Part shown: piece by piece, positions 9,842-21,782 of the stretch
Numbering within the stretch: the stretch's first letter is position 1
How the letters are laid out: each line of letters starts with the position of its first letter
Virus record (IMG/VR): IMGVR_UViG_3300029998_000597
Source: a virus
Taxonomy: Duplodnaviria > Caudoviricetes
Direction: 5' to 3' (one strand)
DNA: 64,000 bases
Made by a program: the position numbers and the translations under genes
Notes under the pieces: model-generated
The model's database searches: none
The model's input: the letters and a program-made list of their open reading frames with translations, nothing else
What the model was told of the DNA's origin: nothing

Positions 9842-10143
9842 TGATAAAAAATAAAGACTGTAATTGCAAAGCAACGAAAAACATTATTAAGATGATAAAA
9901 ACTGTCGATGATATTAACTTATCAACAAGTAAGACTCATCTAAAAGAAAGAAGGTGTTTTAATAAAATATTTTTTAAAATATTAAAATATTTAGTTTACT
10001 CGATATTATTACTATTATTATTTACGTTAGCAATACCGATATTAATATTAATATTTATTTTGCATGGGATATTAAAAAAACCAACAATATTAAATATTAA
10101 TTTTTTAAAACTATTCAATAGAAGTAAAAATGGTGGAAAATAA
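9841..10143 (+). CDS. Small membrane protein
   Basis: Long hydrophobic stretch YLVYSILLLLLFTLAIPILILIFIL. Confidence 0.65.
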   Translation: MIKNKDCNCKATKNIIKMIKTVDDINLSTSKTHLKERRCFNKIFFKILKYLVYSILLLLLFTLAIPILILIFILHGILKKPTILNINFLKLFNRSKNGGK

Positions 10144-13100
10144 TAAAACTTTCAGAATAAAATACGACCAATTAAATCCAGTCGATCATATTAATGTTAA
10201 ACTTGATCAAGACTTTGATTTATTAGAGGTATTATCATTATCAATATCACAAGAAGATGTTTATAGAATGTATACATCTGAATATGGTGTTGTAGTGGGA
10301 CGCGTTCTAGCAAACGATGGTTTTGGAATTCCAAACGCAAAAATTTCTATATTTATATCAAACAAATCAACAAATCAGGCAATTGATAAAAATATATTAT
10401 ATCCTTTTAATACAACAGCTGATAAAAACTCAGATGGTATAAGATATAATTTACTACCAGATAAAAAGGTTAATAAATGTCACCAAAACGTAGGGTCATT
10501 GCCGTCAAAAAGAGATATATTAGATAATAATATTAAATTAGATACTTTTAATGATTTTTATAAATATACAACTATAACGAACGAATCTGGTGACTATATG
10601 TTTTTCGGTATACCTACTGGATCACAGCAAATTCATGTTGATATTGATTTATCAGATATAGGTGTTTTATCACAAGCACCAAGAGATATGGAATATAAAG
10701 GTTATAATATAAAACAATTTGATAGTCCAAATAAATTTAAAACAAGTACAAACTTAGATTCATTACCACAAATAATAAGCCAAGATACTACTATCTTTGT
10801 ATATCCATTTTGGGGAGATGAATCACAATCAGAATTAGCAATTACAAAAAAAACTATTAATATACAATATAAATTCGAGCCAACCTGTGTTTTCATGGGA
10901 AGTATTTTCACAGATTCACAAAAAAGTTCAATTAGTAAAACTTGTCGGCCAGATACAACAACTGGTGTTATGAGTGAATTAACTACATCTCAAGGTTCAA
11001 TTGAAATGATACGTAAAACGATAAATGATGAAATTGAATTATTTGATATTAATGGTGGTAGGTTAATTAATAACGATGGGGTTTGGTGCTATCAAATACC
11101 AATGAATTTAGACTATGTTGTTACAGATGAATTTGGTAATTTGGTACCAACAACAGATCCAACAAAAGGAATACCAACAAGCGCAAAAGTAAGGTTTAGA
11201 ATAACGCTAGATGATAATGGAGATGACTTCGTACAAAGTAAAACAGGTGTATATTTAATACCAAATAAACCAAAATCAGAGTTATATGATGATTATGAGT
11301 TTAGTTCAAATTGTAAAGAATTTAGTTTTGTTAATTTAATGTGGAATAAGGTATATTCAGTAAAAAATTATATACCTAGAACTGGAAAGAGTGCTTTTTT
11401 AAAGGATATTTCTGCAGATAGACATTTCACAGGACTAAAGTCCGTGAATTATCATGGAAATAATAACCCAGCCCCATATAATAATATTTGGGTCAACATT
11501 AATTTGAGATTTATGTTAATATGTTTGTTAACGACTTTTTTTATTAAGACAGTTGGATATATAAACTATATAATTACCCTTATAAATCATAATGTTCCAT
11601 TAATTGTTATGGGTTTTTTAGCTTTGGATGTTAAATTAGCTGGGGATGTATGTTCAACAATAGATTGGAAAGGAAAATCTTTATTTGTACCATTTTCTAA
11701 GATACATAAGTGGATGTACGGAGATGAAGAAGCCGCTACGAATAGTATTTATGGTATCGATAATTGGTTCAAAGGTGATGGTATAGATGGAAGTGGTGGA
11801 CCTGGAATTTCCAATAATACATTAATTGGTAATATAATAAGTTGTGTTGAAACACAGTTATCATCTGAGAATGAAGTTGTTAATTTTGATTTTACAAATG
11901 ACTGGATAAATGGAAGTTTATACGCCCCCAGATTTTTAACAAAAACAAAGAAAAATAGAAAGACTGGTAAGCAAGACCCAGTGTATTGTGGGTCGTGGGT
12001 TCAGAAGTATACTAATTTATTTTTGGTACAATCATGCGCCCCATCTATTAGTAAAGATGGCATTATTAATGTTGATACGACAATAAACTGTAATGATAAA
12101 CAAAATTGTTATAAAAAGAAATCAATAGATCAGATATATAGAGGGACAATAAATAGAAATGAAGTAGATGACATTTTTTATTATAGGGCGGTTGAATTTC
12201 CAGGTAATAAATATTTATATAGTACAGATATTATTCTATTAGGTAGTTTATTGGATTGTGACCAGGATGGTATACCACAATTACATCAACTATTACCAAG
12301 TACGTCGTTTAAATTACCACCTGATAGCTTTGAACCAGATGGTGATTATACAGATGTAAAAGAGAATTCACCTAGTATACAAAAAGAAATGTCTGGTATT
12401 GATTGGGGTAATACCCCAGGATATGAAATAAATGGTTTATTTGTGGGTGTTAGTTGTATGGACAGTAATACTATTGTTAAATCTTGTGTTAACGCCACGA
12501 GATTATGCGAAATAGGTGTAGATTTCGATGAAAAACATGTTGGGTCTACATCTGATGGTTATGATTTAGTTAAATTAATTGATGGATATATATCAACAGA
12601 TGAAATCACTGACGGGGATGTTAGAGGTATGTTTTCAACATTAAATATTAATAATTTATCAACAAGTGTTAATTCTTTTAATCAACCAAAATATGATTTT
12701 ATTTATAACTATCCAAATGGTTTTGATGGAAAATTGAGGTCGGTATTTGCGCAAGATGGGTTCATATTAGATTATTATACTTTTAGATTTGGTACTGATA
12801 ATTTAAATGGAAATTATTATACTGGGGATTATTCGTTTCCGAGATATGAGAATTCTTTTTATTTCTATTTTGGAATTAAACCTGGTTCTACAGCAATAGA
12901 TTTATTTAACAATCAATATTTTGTACCATGCTCTACGATTGAAAAAGAAAAATTCACTTTAAATCTTATAGTTAAAACAAAAGAAGGTATTTGTGAAATT
13001 GAAAATGGTATATTAAGCGTAAAAACTAGCAAAGCGGTTTATCCATATGATGTTTATCTGGATGATGTTATGTGTAGTTCAAATATTTCAAGTGATAATG

Positions 13101-13576
13101 AAATATTAATAGATGGGTTAAAATCTAAATATTATAGTATTAAAGTTATTGATGGTAATAATAATATAGTAGTAAAATCAATATTTTTACCTAAAAACAT
13201 AGGAATATCTTATAAATATTTGATAAAAAATACAACAACAATAGATTCGAATAAGGGTGAATTGTTAATTACAGATATTCTTAATGATAACTCAAGTAAT
13301 ACATCAAACTCATATAAATTATATAAAAATGGCGTCTTATTGTTTAGCGGTGTAATATCTACTAACACTTTAGCTATAACAGATTTAGGTGTTGGTTTAT
13401 ATGTTATTATGATTTATGAAATAGGTTGTGCTACCAATATAAAACAATATACTTTTAATATTAATTATCTTTATACAAGTCAATTTATCAACTATTTTAT
13501 AGAAACTAAGCTTCCAGACTCAGGATATAATGCTGAATTTATAAATTATGTTGCTGAATTAGAAGAATCAAATTAA
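10130..13576 (+). CDS. Large virion structural protein (baseplate/tail block)
   Basis: 1148 aa, beta-rich, N-terminal GVVVGRV..GIPNAKISIF beta-sandwich; context only. Confidence 0.6.
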   Translation: MVENNKTFRIKYDQLNPVDHINVKLDQDFDLLEVLSLSISQEDVYRMYTSEYGVVVGRVLANDGFGIPNAKISIFISNKSTNQAIDKNILYPFNTTADKNSDGIRYNLLPDKKVNKCHQNVGSLPSKRDILDNNIKLDTFNDFYKYTTITNESGDYMFFGIPTGSQQIHVDIDLSDIGVLSQAPRDMEYKGYNIKQFDSPNKFKTSTNLDSLPQIISQDTTIFVYPFWGDESQSELAITKKTINIQYKFEPTCVFMGSIFTDSQKSSISKTCRPDTTTGVMSELTTSQGSIEMIRKTINDEIELFDINGGRLINNDGVWCYQIPMNLDYVVTDEFGNLVPTTDPTKGIPTSAKVRFRITLDDNGDDFVQSKTGVYLIPNKPKSELYDDYEFSSNCKEFSFVNLMWNKVYSVKNYIPRTGKSAFLKDISADRHFTGLKSVNYHGNNNPAPYNNIWVNINLRFMLICLLTTFFIKTVGYINYIITLINHNVPLIVMGFLALDVKLAGDVCSTIDWKGKSLFVPFSKIHKWMYGDEEAATNSIYGIDNWFKGDGIDGSGGPGISNNTLIGNIISCVETQLSSENEVVNFDFTNDWINGSLYAPRFLTKTKKNRKTGKQDPVYCGSWVQKYTNLFLVQSCAPSISKDGIINVDTTINCNDKQNCYKKKSIDQIYRGTINRNEVDDIFYYRAVEFPGNKYLYSTDIILLGSLLDCDQDGIPQLHQLLPSTSFKLPPDSFEPDGDYTDVKENSPSIQKEMSGIDWGNTPGYEINGLFVGVSCMDSNTIVKSCVNATRLCEIGVDFDEKHVGSTSDGYDLVKLIDGYISTDEITDGDVRGMFSTLNINNLSTSVNSFNQPKYDFIYNYPNGFDGKLRSVFAQDGFILDYYTFRFGTDNLNGNYYTGDYSFPRYENSFYFYFGIKPGSTAIDLFNNQYFVPCSTIEKEKFTLNLIVKTKEGICEIENGILSVKTSKAVYPYDVYLDDVMCSSNISSDNEILIDGLKSKYYSIKVIDGNNNIVVKSIFLPKNIGISYKYLIKNTTTIDSNKGELLITDILNDNSSNTSNSYKLYKNGVLLFSGVISTNTLAITDLGVGLYVIMIYEIGCATNIKQYTFNINYLYTSQFINYFIETKLPDSGYNAEFINYVAELEESN

Positions 13577-13590
13577 AAAAAAATAAAAAA

Positions 13591-14211
13591 ATGGGATTAA
13601 TAGAAACAGGATATAAACGATCATTGGAGTTAATAATAACAAAAATGGATGATAATACGCCACCATCAGTTATAACAGAAACACATAATGGCGTAATGTC
13701 GTTCGAGGTTACTGGAACAACATACGAACAATTAACTGGAACGTCATTCCAACAATTAACGGTTGCTGATTTTAATGAAAGGCTTGGTCATTTCAAAGAT
13801 TATATAAAAGATTATTATCTTACATCAGACCCAAATCTATATGATACTATATTGTGGGATCAAACTAGAATACTTATGCCGATAGTGAAACCTACTGCGT
13901 ATATTAAATTTACTTCAACACCTGGGTCAATTAGTACAACTGTAGTATTAAGATCAAGCATACCAGTTGGCAGCAATATAACACGAGTAATTAATTATTA
14001 TGATAATAGTAAAGAATTATTGATTACAATTAGTCTTACCATATTTAAAGGTGGAACTACCTCGATGGGTACGAGTATACATAATACTTCTACGATAAAT
14101 AATGTATATGTTGATCCTCTTGGTGAAATATTAAGTGATAATCTATGTAATTATAACTATAATGATACTATTGTTTTATCAACAGGGCCAATTCCAATGC
14201 CAATTGACTAG
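13591..14211 (+). CDS. Putative structural protein
   Basis: 206 aa, T/S-rich, in structural operon. Confidence 0.55.
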   Translation: MGLIETGYKRSLELIITKMDDNTPPSVITETHNGVMSFEVTGTTYEQLTGTSFQQLTVADFNERLGHFKDYIKDYYLTSDPNLYDTILWDQTRILMPIVKPTAYIKFTSTPGSISTTVVLRSSIPVGSNITRVINYYDNSKELLITISLTIFKGGTTSMGTSIHNTSTINNVYVDPLGEILSDNLCNYNYNDTIVLSTGPIPMPID

Positions 14212-14217
14212 TAGCAT

Positions 14218-16503
14218 ATGAATATAAAAATAGCATTAAATAAGAATAAGAATAAGAAAGCTGTTAATACAGCTTTTTATCAAACCATGGAGCTAGAACA
14301 AACTTCAAGGCAATTACCTATTTCTAACATTAATAAAATTGTTAATAGTTATCAAATATTTGATAACGAGATAAATTCTTGTACAAAATACAGGTTAACT
14401 ATCACAATAAATACAATTGCAACAAACGTGTTAATAAATCCAATAACTCAAATATATGATGGGGATATAGAAATAACTGGAAGTACTAGATTAAATGCTA
14501 TTAAAACAATCAATCCAGAATTTACATATAATTGTGGGTATGATATTTTTGATAATCATTTTTTAAGAGTAAACACCTTTAAAAAAGGTACCTCATTAGA
14601 TAGTTTTATTGGTACATCATTGAAAAATGTTAGTTCAATTCAAGATTCTGTAGATAATAATTTATTTGAAGATAATGGGTGGATGTATTTTTTAAATGCT
14701 GGTAAGATTAATAATAATCGCATGTTTATAAATAAATTACCATGCGAAAAAATTGATTTATTTCCAACTAGAGAATATTTTAGTTTTAGCCCGATGATTA
14801 TAAATGAAAAACCAGAGGATAATTGGGATTATTGCGTTACTTATCCATATAAAAATATTATAGATCATATATTAGTTACAGATGCGAACGGAATAAATGG
14901 ATTACCAATATCAGATGGTGTTATTGGATATGCAAATGAAAATGGTAATTACCTACAAATAACGACCTCATATAAAAATAAATTAAATCAACACGATATA
15001 ATTTCTTTTAAATATACTAATTCACCAATTGGTAAAACTTATCAAATTTATAATGTTGGTGATATTAATGGGTTGAATAAAGAATGTACATTTATATTAG
15101 ATATTGATAAATATTCAGATCTAAATGATGTAGACTTTTTAAATAGTATAAAAACAAAACGGATAGTTAAGATAGTGGATGGTGTCGAATCAGATTATTA
15201 CATTAGAGAATTAAGAAAAGTACCTAATTTTAAATTCGATACAGATGAAATAACAATCGAAAATATTGAAAGTAAAATAACAGGTAATACAACGCAGATA
15301 ACATCAGATAATTATCAGCTTGCATTTTCAAGAAATATTTTTGGTGATAAAATTCATCAGATTCAATTTATTGATGATATTGATATAAGTCTTTTGTCTG
15401 ATAACTTAGGTAGGCCAATCAGTGAATTATATTTAACAATAATAAAAAAAGGGAAGACATCCGATACTTTAGGTCATAATAATATATTTGGTAATGTAAC
15501 ATCTGGAATTGATGAAGCTCCATATGTTAATGGTTATTCAAATATAAGATTAATTAATTCGAACAATACTATAGAAATACCATTAGAAGAAGATATAACA
15601 ATAAATGGCTCATCAAATAATAATAAATTTTTATGTGATATAGTCGAATATAATAAATCCTTAGTAAAGGAAATTGTATTAGATAATGTAATGCATAGAT
15701 TTAATACGGTTCAGAGAGAACGATTAGATAATGTTTTTGAATATCATACTATAAATCACACATATACTTCATTCTACGATGAAGATCAAAAAATGTATCT
15801 CGAACCAAGAAATGAAGGCTATTTTTATAACCCACATTATAAAATACAAATTAAAAATTATTCCTCTATTATAAATCAAGGTGAATTAAATACAATTGTA
15901 AGTTGTGAAGACGATATATTTACTTTGGGGTTAAATAAAGATGGTAATATTATTAATTTAAATTCATATGTTGGTTCAGAAAGCGATATACAATATTTAA
16001 TTTTAAAGATAAGTAATTCAAAAAACTTTTTAGATTTTGATAGAATTAGAATAAATAAGGTAGATTCAAATAATAATATAATTAAAACTTTAACTTTAAA
16101 TATTAGAATAAGGGGAGATATAAATAAGTCAATTTTAATACCATATAATTCTATTTTTTTTGGTGCGATTGAAGATATAAATAATAATATATATCAATTC
16201 AAAAGATATTATAGTGATTCAATACCATCATATGGGAATGATATGAACAATGGTAGAATACTTTGGCGAGATATATTACCAGAAGGAATTTTTGATAGTG
16301 AATCACAATTTAATAACGATATTCAATTTACAAATGGAAGGTTATACCTAAACAAAGCTATAAATTTAGTGGTAAAAAGACAAGATCCTTTTGGACTTTA
16401 CGGTTTAAAGAGTAGGACATTTCCATCTGATTTATATGGTGATAATACAACAAACGATATTTTAATTAATAATAGATTCAGCAACCAAAATAGTATATGT
16501 TAA
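14218..16503 (+). CDS. Putative structural protein
   Basis: 761 aa in structural operon. Confidence 0.6.
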   Translation: MNIKIALNKNKNKKAVNTAFYQTMELEQTSRQLPISNINKIVNSYQIFDNEINSCTKYRLTITINTIATNVLINPITQIYDGDIEITGSTRLNAIKTINPEFTYNCGYDIFDNHFLRVNTFKKGTSLDSFIGTSLKNVSSIQDSVDNNLFEDNGWMYFLNAGKINNNRMFINKLPCEKIDLFPTREYFSFSPMIINEKPEDNWDYCVTYPYKNIIDHILVTDANGINGLPISDGVIGYANENGNYLQITTSYKNKLNQHDIISFKYTNSPIGKTYQIYNVGDINGLNKECTFILDIDKYSDLNDVDFLNSIKTKRIVKIVDGVESDYYIRELRKVPNFKFDTDEITIENIESKITGNTTQITSDNYQLAFSRNIFGDKIHQIQFIDDIDISLLSDNLGRPISELYLTIIKKGKTSDTLGHNNIFGNVTSGIDEAPYVNGYSNIRLINSNNTIEIPLEEDITINGSSNNNKFLCDIVEYNKSLVKEIVLDNVMHRFNTVQRERLDNVFEYHTINHTYTSFYDEDQKMYLEPRNEGYFYNPHYKIQIKNYSSIINQGELNTIVSCEDDIFTLGLNKDGNIINLNSYVGSESDIQYLILKISNSKNFLDFDRIRINKVDSNNNIIKTLTLNIRIRGDINKSILIPYNSIFFGAIEDINNNIYQFKRYYSDSIPSYGNDMNNGRILWRDILPEGIFDSESQFNNDIQFTNGRLYLNKAINLVVKRQDPFGLYGLKSRTFPSDLYGDNTTNDILINNRFSNQNSIC

Positions 16504-17309
16504 AATATAAAATAAATTTAGATACTGAAAATGTGGTCGATAATCATATATCAATTAAAATCGGGCAATTATTTTATCCAAATTCAGAACAATACGAAGT
16601 TATTGAAAACAAATTTGATATTAGCAACCTGAACGTAATTAATCCAACAATCGATTTTGAAAAAGTTAGGTTACACCCAATAATTTCCAGCAATATTAAT
16701 AACGATATTCAATCTATAACGTTTAAATTACATTTTTATATTTCAAATAATTGGACATATAATTCTACATTATTATCAGATATTGGCTATACGAGCGATG
16801 ATGTAATTAATAGAAGAAAAAGGTTAAGCAACAACTTCATTAGACTATCATTTTATGATTCAAATGATATAAAAGTACAGAATTTATTATATTATTCAAC
16901 TATTTTTATCAATTCAGGAGACTTATATGATAAATATATTAATAACGGCTTATCAATGAGTACATTAATGACTGATTTTACTATTTATAATCCAAGAACA
17001 AGTTTAAAAATAGCTTCTTTTGAAGGTTTTTATATTTATTTATTTGGAAGTGATATATTAAAAAATACTATTACTACTATTTATATGAAAGTTGAATATA
17101 ATAGCGCATTAAATGGTAAAACTTCATTATTTTTAAAAGATTATTCGCATGGATCAGTAAATGGATTTAATTTATCTGATTTAAAATCAAATATGTTTAT
17201 CCCTATAAATATTGAATATAATACAAACTTAAATAAATATGTTTATTGGTTTAACGACTATAATACTGAAAATACGGTAATAAATTTATATCAGGCTAAA
17301 GTTAAATAA
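16497..17309 (+). CDS. Putative structural protein
   Basis: 270 aa, coupled. Confidence 0.55.
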   Translation: MLKYKINLDTENVVDNHISIKIGQLFYPNSEQYEVIENKFDISNLNVINPTIDFEKVRLHPIISSNINNDIQSITFKLHFYISNNWTYNSTLLSDIGYTSDDVINRRKRLSNNFIRLSFYDSNDIKVQNLLYYSTIFINSGDLYDKYINNGLSMSTLMTDFTIYNPRTSLKIASFEGFYIYLFGSDILKNTITTIYMKVEYNSALNGKTSLFLKDYSHGSVNGFNLSDLKSNMFIPINIEYNTNLNKYVYWFNDYNTENTVINLYQAKVK

Positions 17310-18214
17310 TGGAATTAATTAAAAAGACAATATACTTAAGTGATTATATTTGTAGAGTAAACCCTTATATAATTAATGGGTTGATTCCAGAAGATATTGA
17401 TTATACAGGTATAACATCACACTGGGGTGAATTAATTGGAATAAAAGATAATGGTGAAGTTGAATATTACGTCGGTAAAAATACAACTTATACATCAAAT
17501 TTGTGTTCTTTTAATATTTTATTTATACAGAGCGCAGATGATATTGGTGTATTAGAACCAAAAATTGAAAATTGGGTACCGAATAAATTATATTTCGCAG
17601 GTGAAAGTAAATTATATAATGGACACAGTTATCGATGTACTAAAAATCAAAGTAAATTATCAATATTCGATTTAAGTGATTGGGAATTAAATACAATTGA
17701 ACCAGCAGATAATAATATTATCACGTTTACAGGTGAAAGTAAGATTAATGAGTTTAGAAGATATTCAAAATCAAACAGTGATAGAGACCTTTATAATCCA
17801 ACATGGAATAGTGGATTTACCCAAGAAATTAAAAGCTCTTATGGTAATATAAATAAAATTATTTCAGAGAGTAGTGATTTTAGTGGTGAAAATCAAGGAT
17901 TATATGAATATATAATAGGTGCCACAGAGAATGAATTAGAGACAACAGGTATTCATTATAAAGATGTATCCAGTGGAATTTCTAATATTTCTTATTTAAC
18001 AAATGGTCTGACTGCTGAGAATTCGATAAGTTCACCAAACATAAAATCAGACTATTTACTTGGAATAATAGAGACACCAAAAACTTTTATTAATGTAAAA
18101 ATTGATAGAGGTGTAAATTCGACTTTTGAAAAGAATTTAAAATTAGGTGATATTAGGACATTAGATGATTTAACAAAATATGGTAATGGATTTTTTAAAA
18201 TAAAGGATAATTAA
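17309..18214 (+). CDS. Putative structural protein
   Basis: 301 aa, coupled; short WVPNKLYFAG..LYNGHSYRC carbohydrate-binding-like segment. Confidence 0.55.
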   Translation: MELIKKTIYLSDYICRVNPYIINGLIPEDIDYTGITSHWGELIGIKDNGEVEYYVGKNTTYTSNLCSFNILFIQSADDIGVLEPKIENWVPNKLYFAGESKLYNGHSYRCTKNQSKLSIFDLSDWELNTIEPADNNIITFTGESKINEFRRYSKSNSDRDLYNPTWNSGFTQEIKSSYGNINKIISESSDFSGENQGLYEYIIGATENELETTGIHYKDVSSGISNISYLTNGLTAENSISSPNIKSDYLLGIIETPKTFINVKIDRGVNSTFEKNLKLGDIRTLDDLTKYGNGFFKIKDN

Positions 18215-18222
18215 TATAAATA

Positions 18223-19107
18223 ATGGCAAGTAGCTACGGAATTAATAGAGCCGCTGATTTTAACCCAGCAACAGATGCTGAGATCTTTTGGTCTTACAGT
18301 GAGAATAGAAGTATTGTTAATGATAATTATCAAACAGACAATATAACCAAATTTTTATCAGCGCAATTAGCGCCTGGTTCAACAGTAAATCCTATTGGTG
18401 GAATATATAATTTAAAACTACCTTTAGATATTTTTAATAAAGTAGGTATTTATAATATATATATTAGACCAAAACAAGTAGAAGTTAACATACAAGATAT
18501 CGGTATTTTATCTGCATATCCAAATATTAGGGGTATTATTTTAAAATCTTCTGATTTAATTGGTATTTCAGTTGGTAACGATACACTTTCTGGTTATAGA
18601 ATTGAATATTACGATTCCATTGGTAATAAAGTAAGTAATTTATTTAGGATAATAACATCAAATAATAGATGTGAACCAGTTAATCAAAATATTATAAGCA
18701 CTAGTCAAAAATCTGTTAGCTATAGATTTAATGATAGTTCTGATTTATTATTTTTAACTGTAACACCATCATCGGCAACAAATGCGAATCCAAATTCAAT
18801 ACCATACATAGGGAATAGTGGAACAAAGATTATATTAAGTAATACTTTTTTTAATCCAGTACTATTAGAAATAGAATTAACTAATAATGATATTGAGTCG
18901 TTATATACATCGATAAACGGAAATCAAATAAGAACACTAGACAATGGGTTAATAACCACATATGATAATAGTAATAATATATTTAGTCAAGCAGAACATT
19001 ATGTAATCAAAGAATCTGCCACTGGAAAACCAGTATTTGAAGTGAAAGAAAACAAAACAAATATTGATTTCACACAAGACCATAACACAATAATTGGAAA
19101 CGCATAA
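18223..19107 (+). CDS. Putative structural protein
   Basis: 294 aa in structural operon. Confidence 0.6.
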   Translation: MASSYGINRAADFNPATDAEIFWSYSENRSIVNDNYQTDNITKFLSAQLAPGSTVNPIGGIYNLKLPLDIFNKVGIYNIYIRPKQVEVNIQDIGILSAYPNIRGIILKSSDLIGISVGNDTLSGYRIEYYDSIGNKVSNLFRIITSNNRCEPVNQNIISTSQKSVSYRFNDSSDLLFLTVTPSSATNANPNSIPYIGNSGTKIILSNTFFNPVLLEIELTNNDIESLYTSINGNQIRTLDNGLITTYDNSNNIFSQAEHYVIKESATGKPVFEVKENKTNIDFTQDHNTIIGNA

Positions 19108-19111
19108 AAAA

Positions 19112-21778
19112 ATGGCTAAGAAATACACAAAATCATTTTCTAATTATATAAAAAAAAGTAATCCGATAGCTACAAATAGTGGGACCATTTTAGAAAATGA
19201 CCTCCTTACTTATGGTGAACCATATAATTACGTTAATAAAAATTTAACTATTAGAACAGAGGGTGGTTTTACATTTATAACAAATACAGACACTACCGAT
19301 AAAAAAGAATATACAAACGGTGAATTTACTGGTAAATACACATTAAATGATTTATTATCTATACCAGATACAGGCAAAACCCCATTAGATAAAAATATTT
19401 TAAATGTTAAGTTAACACCAGAAAAAACTTATATAAATTTTAAAAAATCATATTTTGATTTATCTAAATTTTGTTATTATGGTTCAACAAATGATTTAAT
19501 TAGATCTTCGGTAGAAGATATTATTAATAGATTTCCAGGTGGGTTATTTATTAGTGATAGTTCAATTATTAGTGGTAACAATACAAAAATTATAACAATA
19601 CCAATATCGAATATATCCAATCCATTTAACTTAAATTTATTAAGTTATGAATATGATAGAAATTTATCATATGATTTAAAAACATTAGCTACTTCTTATT
19701 CAGATTACATTATATTAACTGAAGATAATCAAACGGCATCGATTACTGGGTTTACTAGTTCAGGAAGTAATATTATTATAGATTTAGATAAGGTAATATC
19801 ACTCAGTACTTCATTTCACATTAAACCGTCATTAAAAAAACAAGATGAATTTTTTGATAGTTTAGATGATTTTCAAAGTACGTTATTAAACAGAAAAACA
19901 CAACCAAAATATAAATCGACATTTAAAATCCCAGAAGAAACAGAAGACGGTATTTCAAGTAATTATCGTGATTTTATTTGGCGAACATATGATGGGTATA
20001 ATATAGATATCACATCAGTAGATTACGAATTATTCATACAAGAATTAATAGATAGTTCAATTTTAGTAGATGAAAAATATTCTGATAATATATATCGAAT
20101 GATGACCCACGATTCCATTAAAAACATGGATTCAACATATCAAAAGGTTATAGATAATGAGCTATTAGAAGAATATGTAGCTGGAGGTACAAAGATTCAA
20201 TCACTTTTGAGGATTTACGGACGTTTTTATGATGAAGTTAAAAAATATGCTGAAGGTATAGCTTTTACAAATAATATATCCTATGATAAAAAGGATAATA
20301 TTCCAGAAAAATATTTACAGGGAAAGGTAAATTCATTAGGATGGGAAAGTCCATCATTATTAAATATATTCCCAGAAACAGGTGTAACATCCAATAAAAT
20401 ATTTCGTGGTTGTGATGGTAATTTTAATTTATTGGAATGTACTAATGAATTAAATAGACGTATAATTTTATCATCTAAAAGTATTAGTAGCTCGAAAGGC
20501 ACGAGAGCATCAATTAGAAAAATATTTGGTATGTTCGGTATCGATGAAAGTATTTACGATGTTCGCGAATACACACAGAAAGTAGATAATTATATAACAG
20601 GTACAACCCTACAAAATATTATAACTCTAAATGAAAAATTAAGGTTAAACGAGATTGAAAATTTATATGGTTCACAACAAATAATAAGCGATGATATTTT
20701 ATTAACAGGTGTGAACGTAGGGACATTTGTAATGTCACCAAAAGGTTCAATGAATTATACTCATACAGGTGATACGGCTACCGATTTAGATTTCGATGAA
20801 CATTTTTCCATAATAGAGCATACATATGGATACCCAAAAGCAAGAGTAAATTCAAATGAATTTTATTTTCAACAAATGGGTGGGTGGTATAGAGAGACAG
20901 GTGGTCAGCACACCGACCTAACAGGTAATACATATGTTACTAATATAACAAGTGGAAATAACCCTCATACTGGTAATGGTAGCTATGATTATGGCTTTAA
21001 TTATATTGATCAATTTACGAATTTATTTAAAACAGATATTGATAAACAAGGTAATTATCCAAGTATTGATTTAACTGAATATACGAATAGTATAGGTTTT
21101 AATATAAATTCAATAAAAACAGTTGATAATAATAAAATTAAATGGATTGGAGACCAAAATTACATTGGTGGGAAGAATATATTAACAGATGATTTTTATC
21201 GTAATATATTAACAGACACTGGTGATTTAATATATATTGATAGTAATAATAACATATCAGATAGTAAATTAACTCTAAATTTAAAGAACTTTGTTATTGG
21301 TATTAACGCTAAAAAAGCTAAAGAATTATTTTATGCTGGTAATATGATAGGAAAAACTGGTATATCAGAAGAAGAAATATTTATTTCAATAAAGAACCTT
21401 ATATTACCATATTTAGAACATGTAATACCTTCATCAGCCATTTTTGATTTTGTGTTAATTAACACAGATACACCTAAATGGGTATTAGTAGATAAATATT
21501 GTGGTAGAACAAATGATATAAATCAAAATTTCAATGGACAAACTATTTTAAGGTATAAAAACATGAACTATTTTGATGAAACATCAACTGGATTTACAAG
21601 CGACCTAACTAATTTAATAAAAAAAGATTTTGGTGATATGTTCGTTCAAATACCAGCACACCCTAAAGACACTATAGTTGGATTCGAACGAGAAATTCTA
21701 TTTACTGGTGATAATGGTAGTTGTCAAAGAGATGAGTCACCGAAATGGATTGAAAAAACAGATTTATTTAATTTTTAA
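19112..21778 (+). CDS. Large baseplate-associated protein
   Basis: ATG at 19112 preferred over TTG 19094; SKGTRASIRKIFGMFG and C-terminal HVIPSSAIF resemble wedge proteins. Confidence 0.6.
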   Translation: MAKKYTKSFSNYIKKSNPIATNSGTILENDLLTYGEPYNYVNKNLTIRTEGGFTFITNTDTTDKKEYTNGEFTGKYTLNDLLSIPDTGKTPLDKNILNVKLTPEKTYINFKKSYFDLSKFCYYGSTNDLIRSSVEDIINRFPGGLFISDSSIISGNNTKIITIPISNISNPFNLNLLSYEYDRNLSYDLKTLATSYSDYIILTEDNQTASITGFTSSGSNIIIDLDKVISLSTSFHIKPSLKKQDEFFDSLDDFQSTLLNRKTQPKYKSTFKIPEETEDGISSNYRDFIWRTYDGYNIDITSVDYELFIQELIDSSILVDEKYSDNIYRMMTHDSIKNMDSTYQKVIDNELLEEYVAGGTKIQSLLRIYGRFYDEVKKYAEGIAFTNNISYDKKDNIPEKYLQGKVNSLGWESPSLLNIFPETGVTSNKIFRGCDGNFNLLECTNELNRRIILSSKSISSSKGTRASIRKIFGMFGIDESIYDVREYTQKVDNYITGTTLQNIITLNEKLRLNEIENLYGSQQIISDDILLTGVNVGTFVMSPKGSMNYTHTGDTATDLDFDEHFSIIEHTYGYPKARVNSNEFYFQQMGGWYRETGGQHTDLTGNTYVTNITSGNNPHTGNGSYDYGFNYIDQFTNLFKTDIDKQGNYPSIDLTEYTNSIGFNINSIKTVDNNKIKWIGDQNYIGGKNILTDDFYRNILTDTGDLIYIDSNNNISDSKLTLNLKNFVIGINAKKAKELFYAGNMIGKTGISEEEIFISIKNLILPYLEHVIPSSAIFDFVLINTDTPKWVLVDKYCGRTNDINQNFNGQTILRYKNMNYFDETSTGFTSDLTNLIKKDFGDMFVQIPAHPKDTIVGFEREILFTGDNGSCQRDESPKWIEKTDLFNF

Positions 21779-21782
21779 CGTT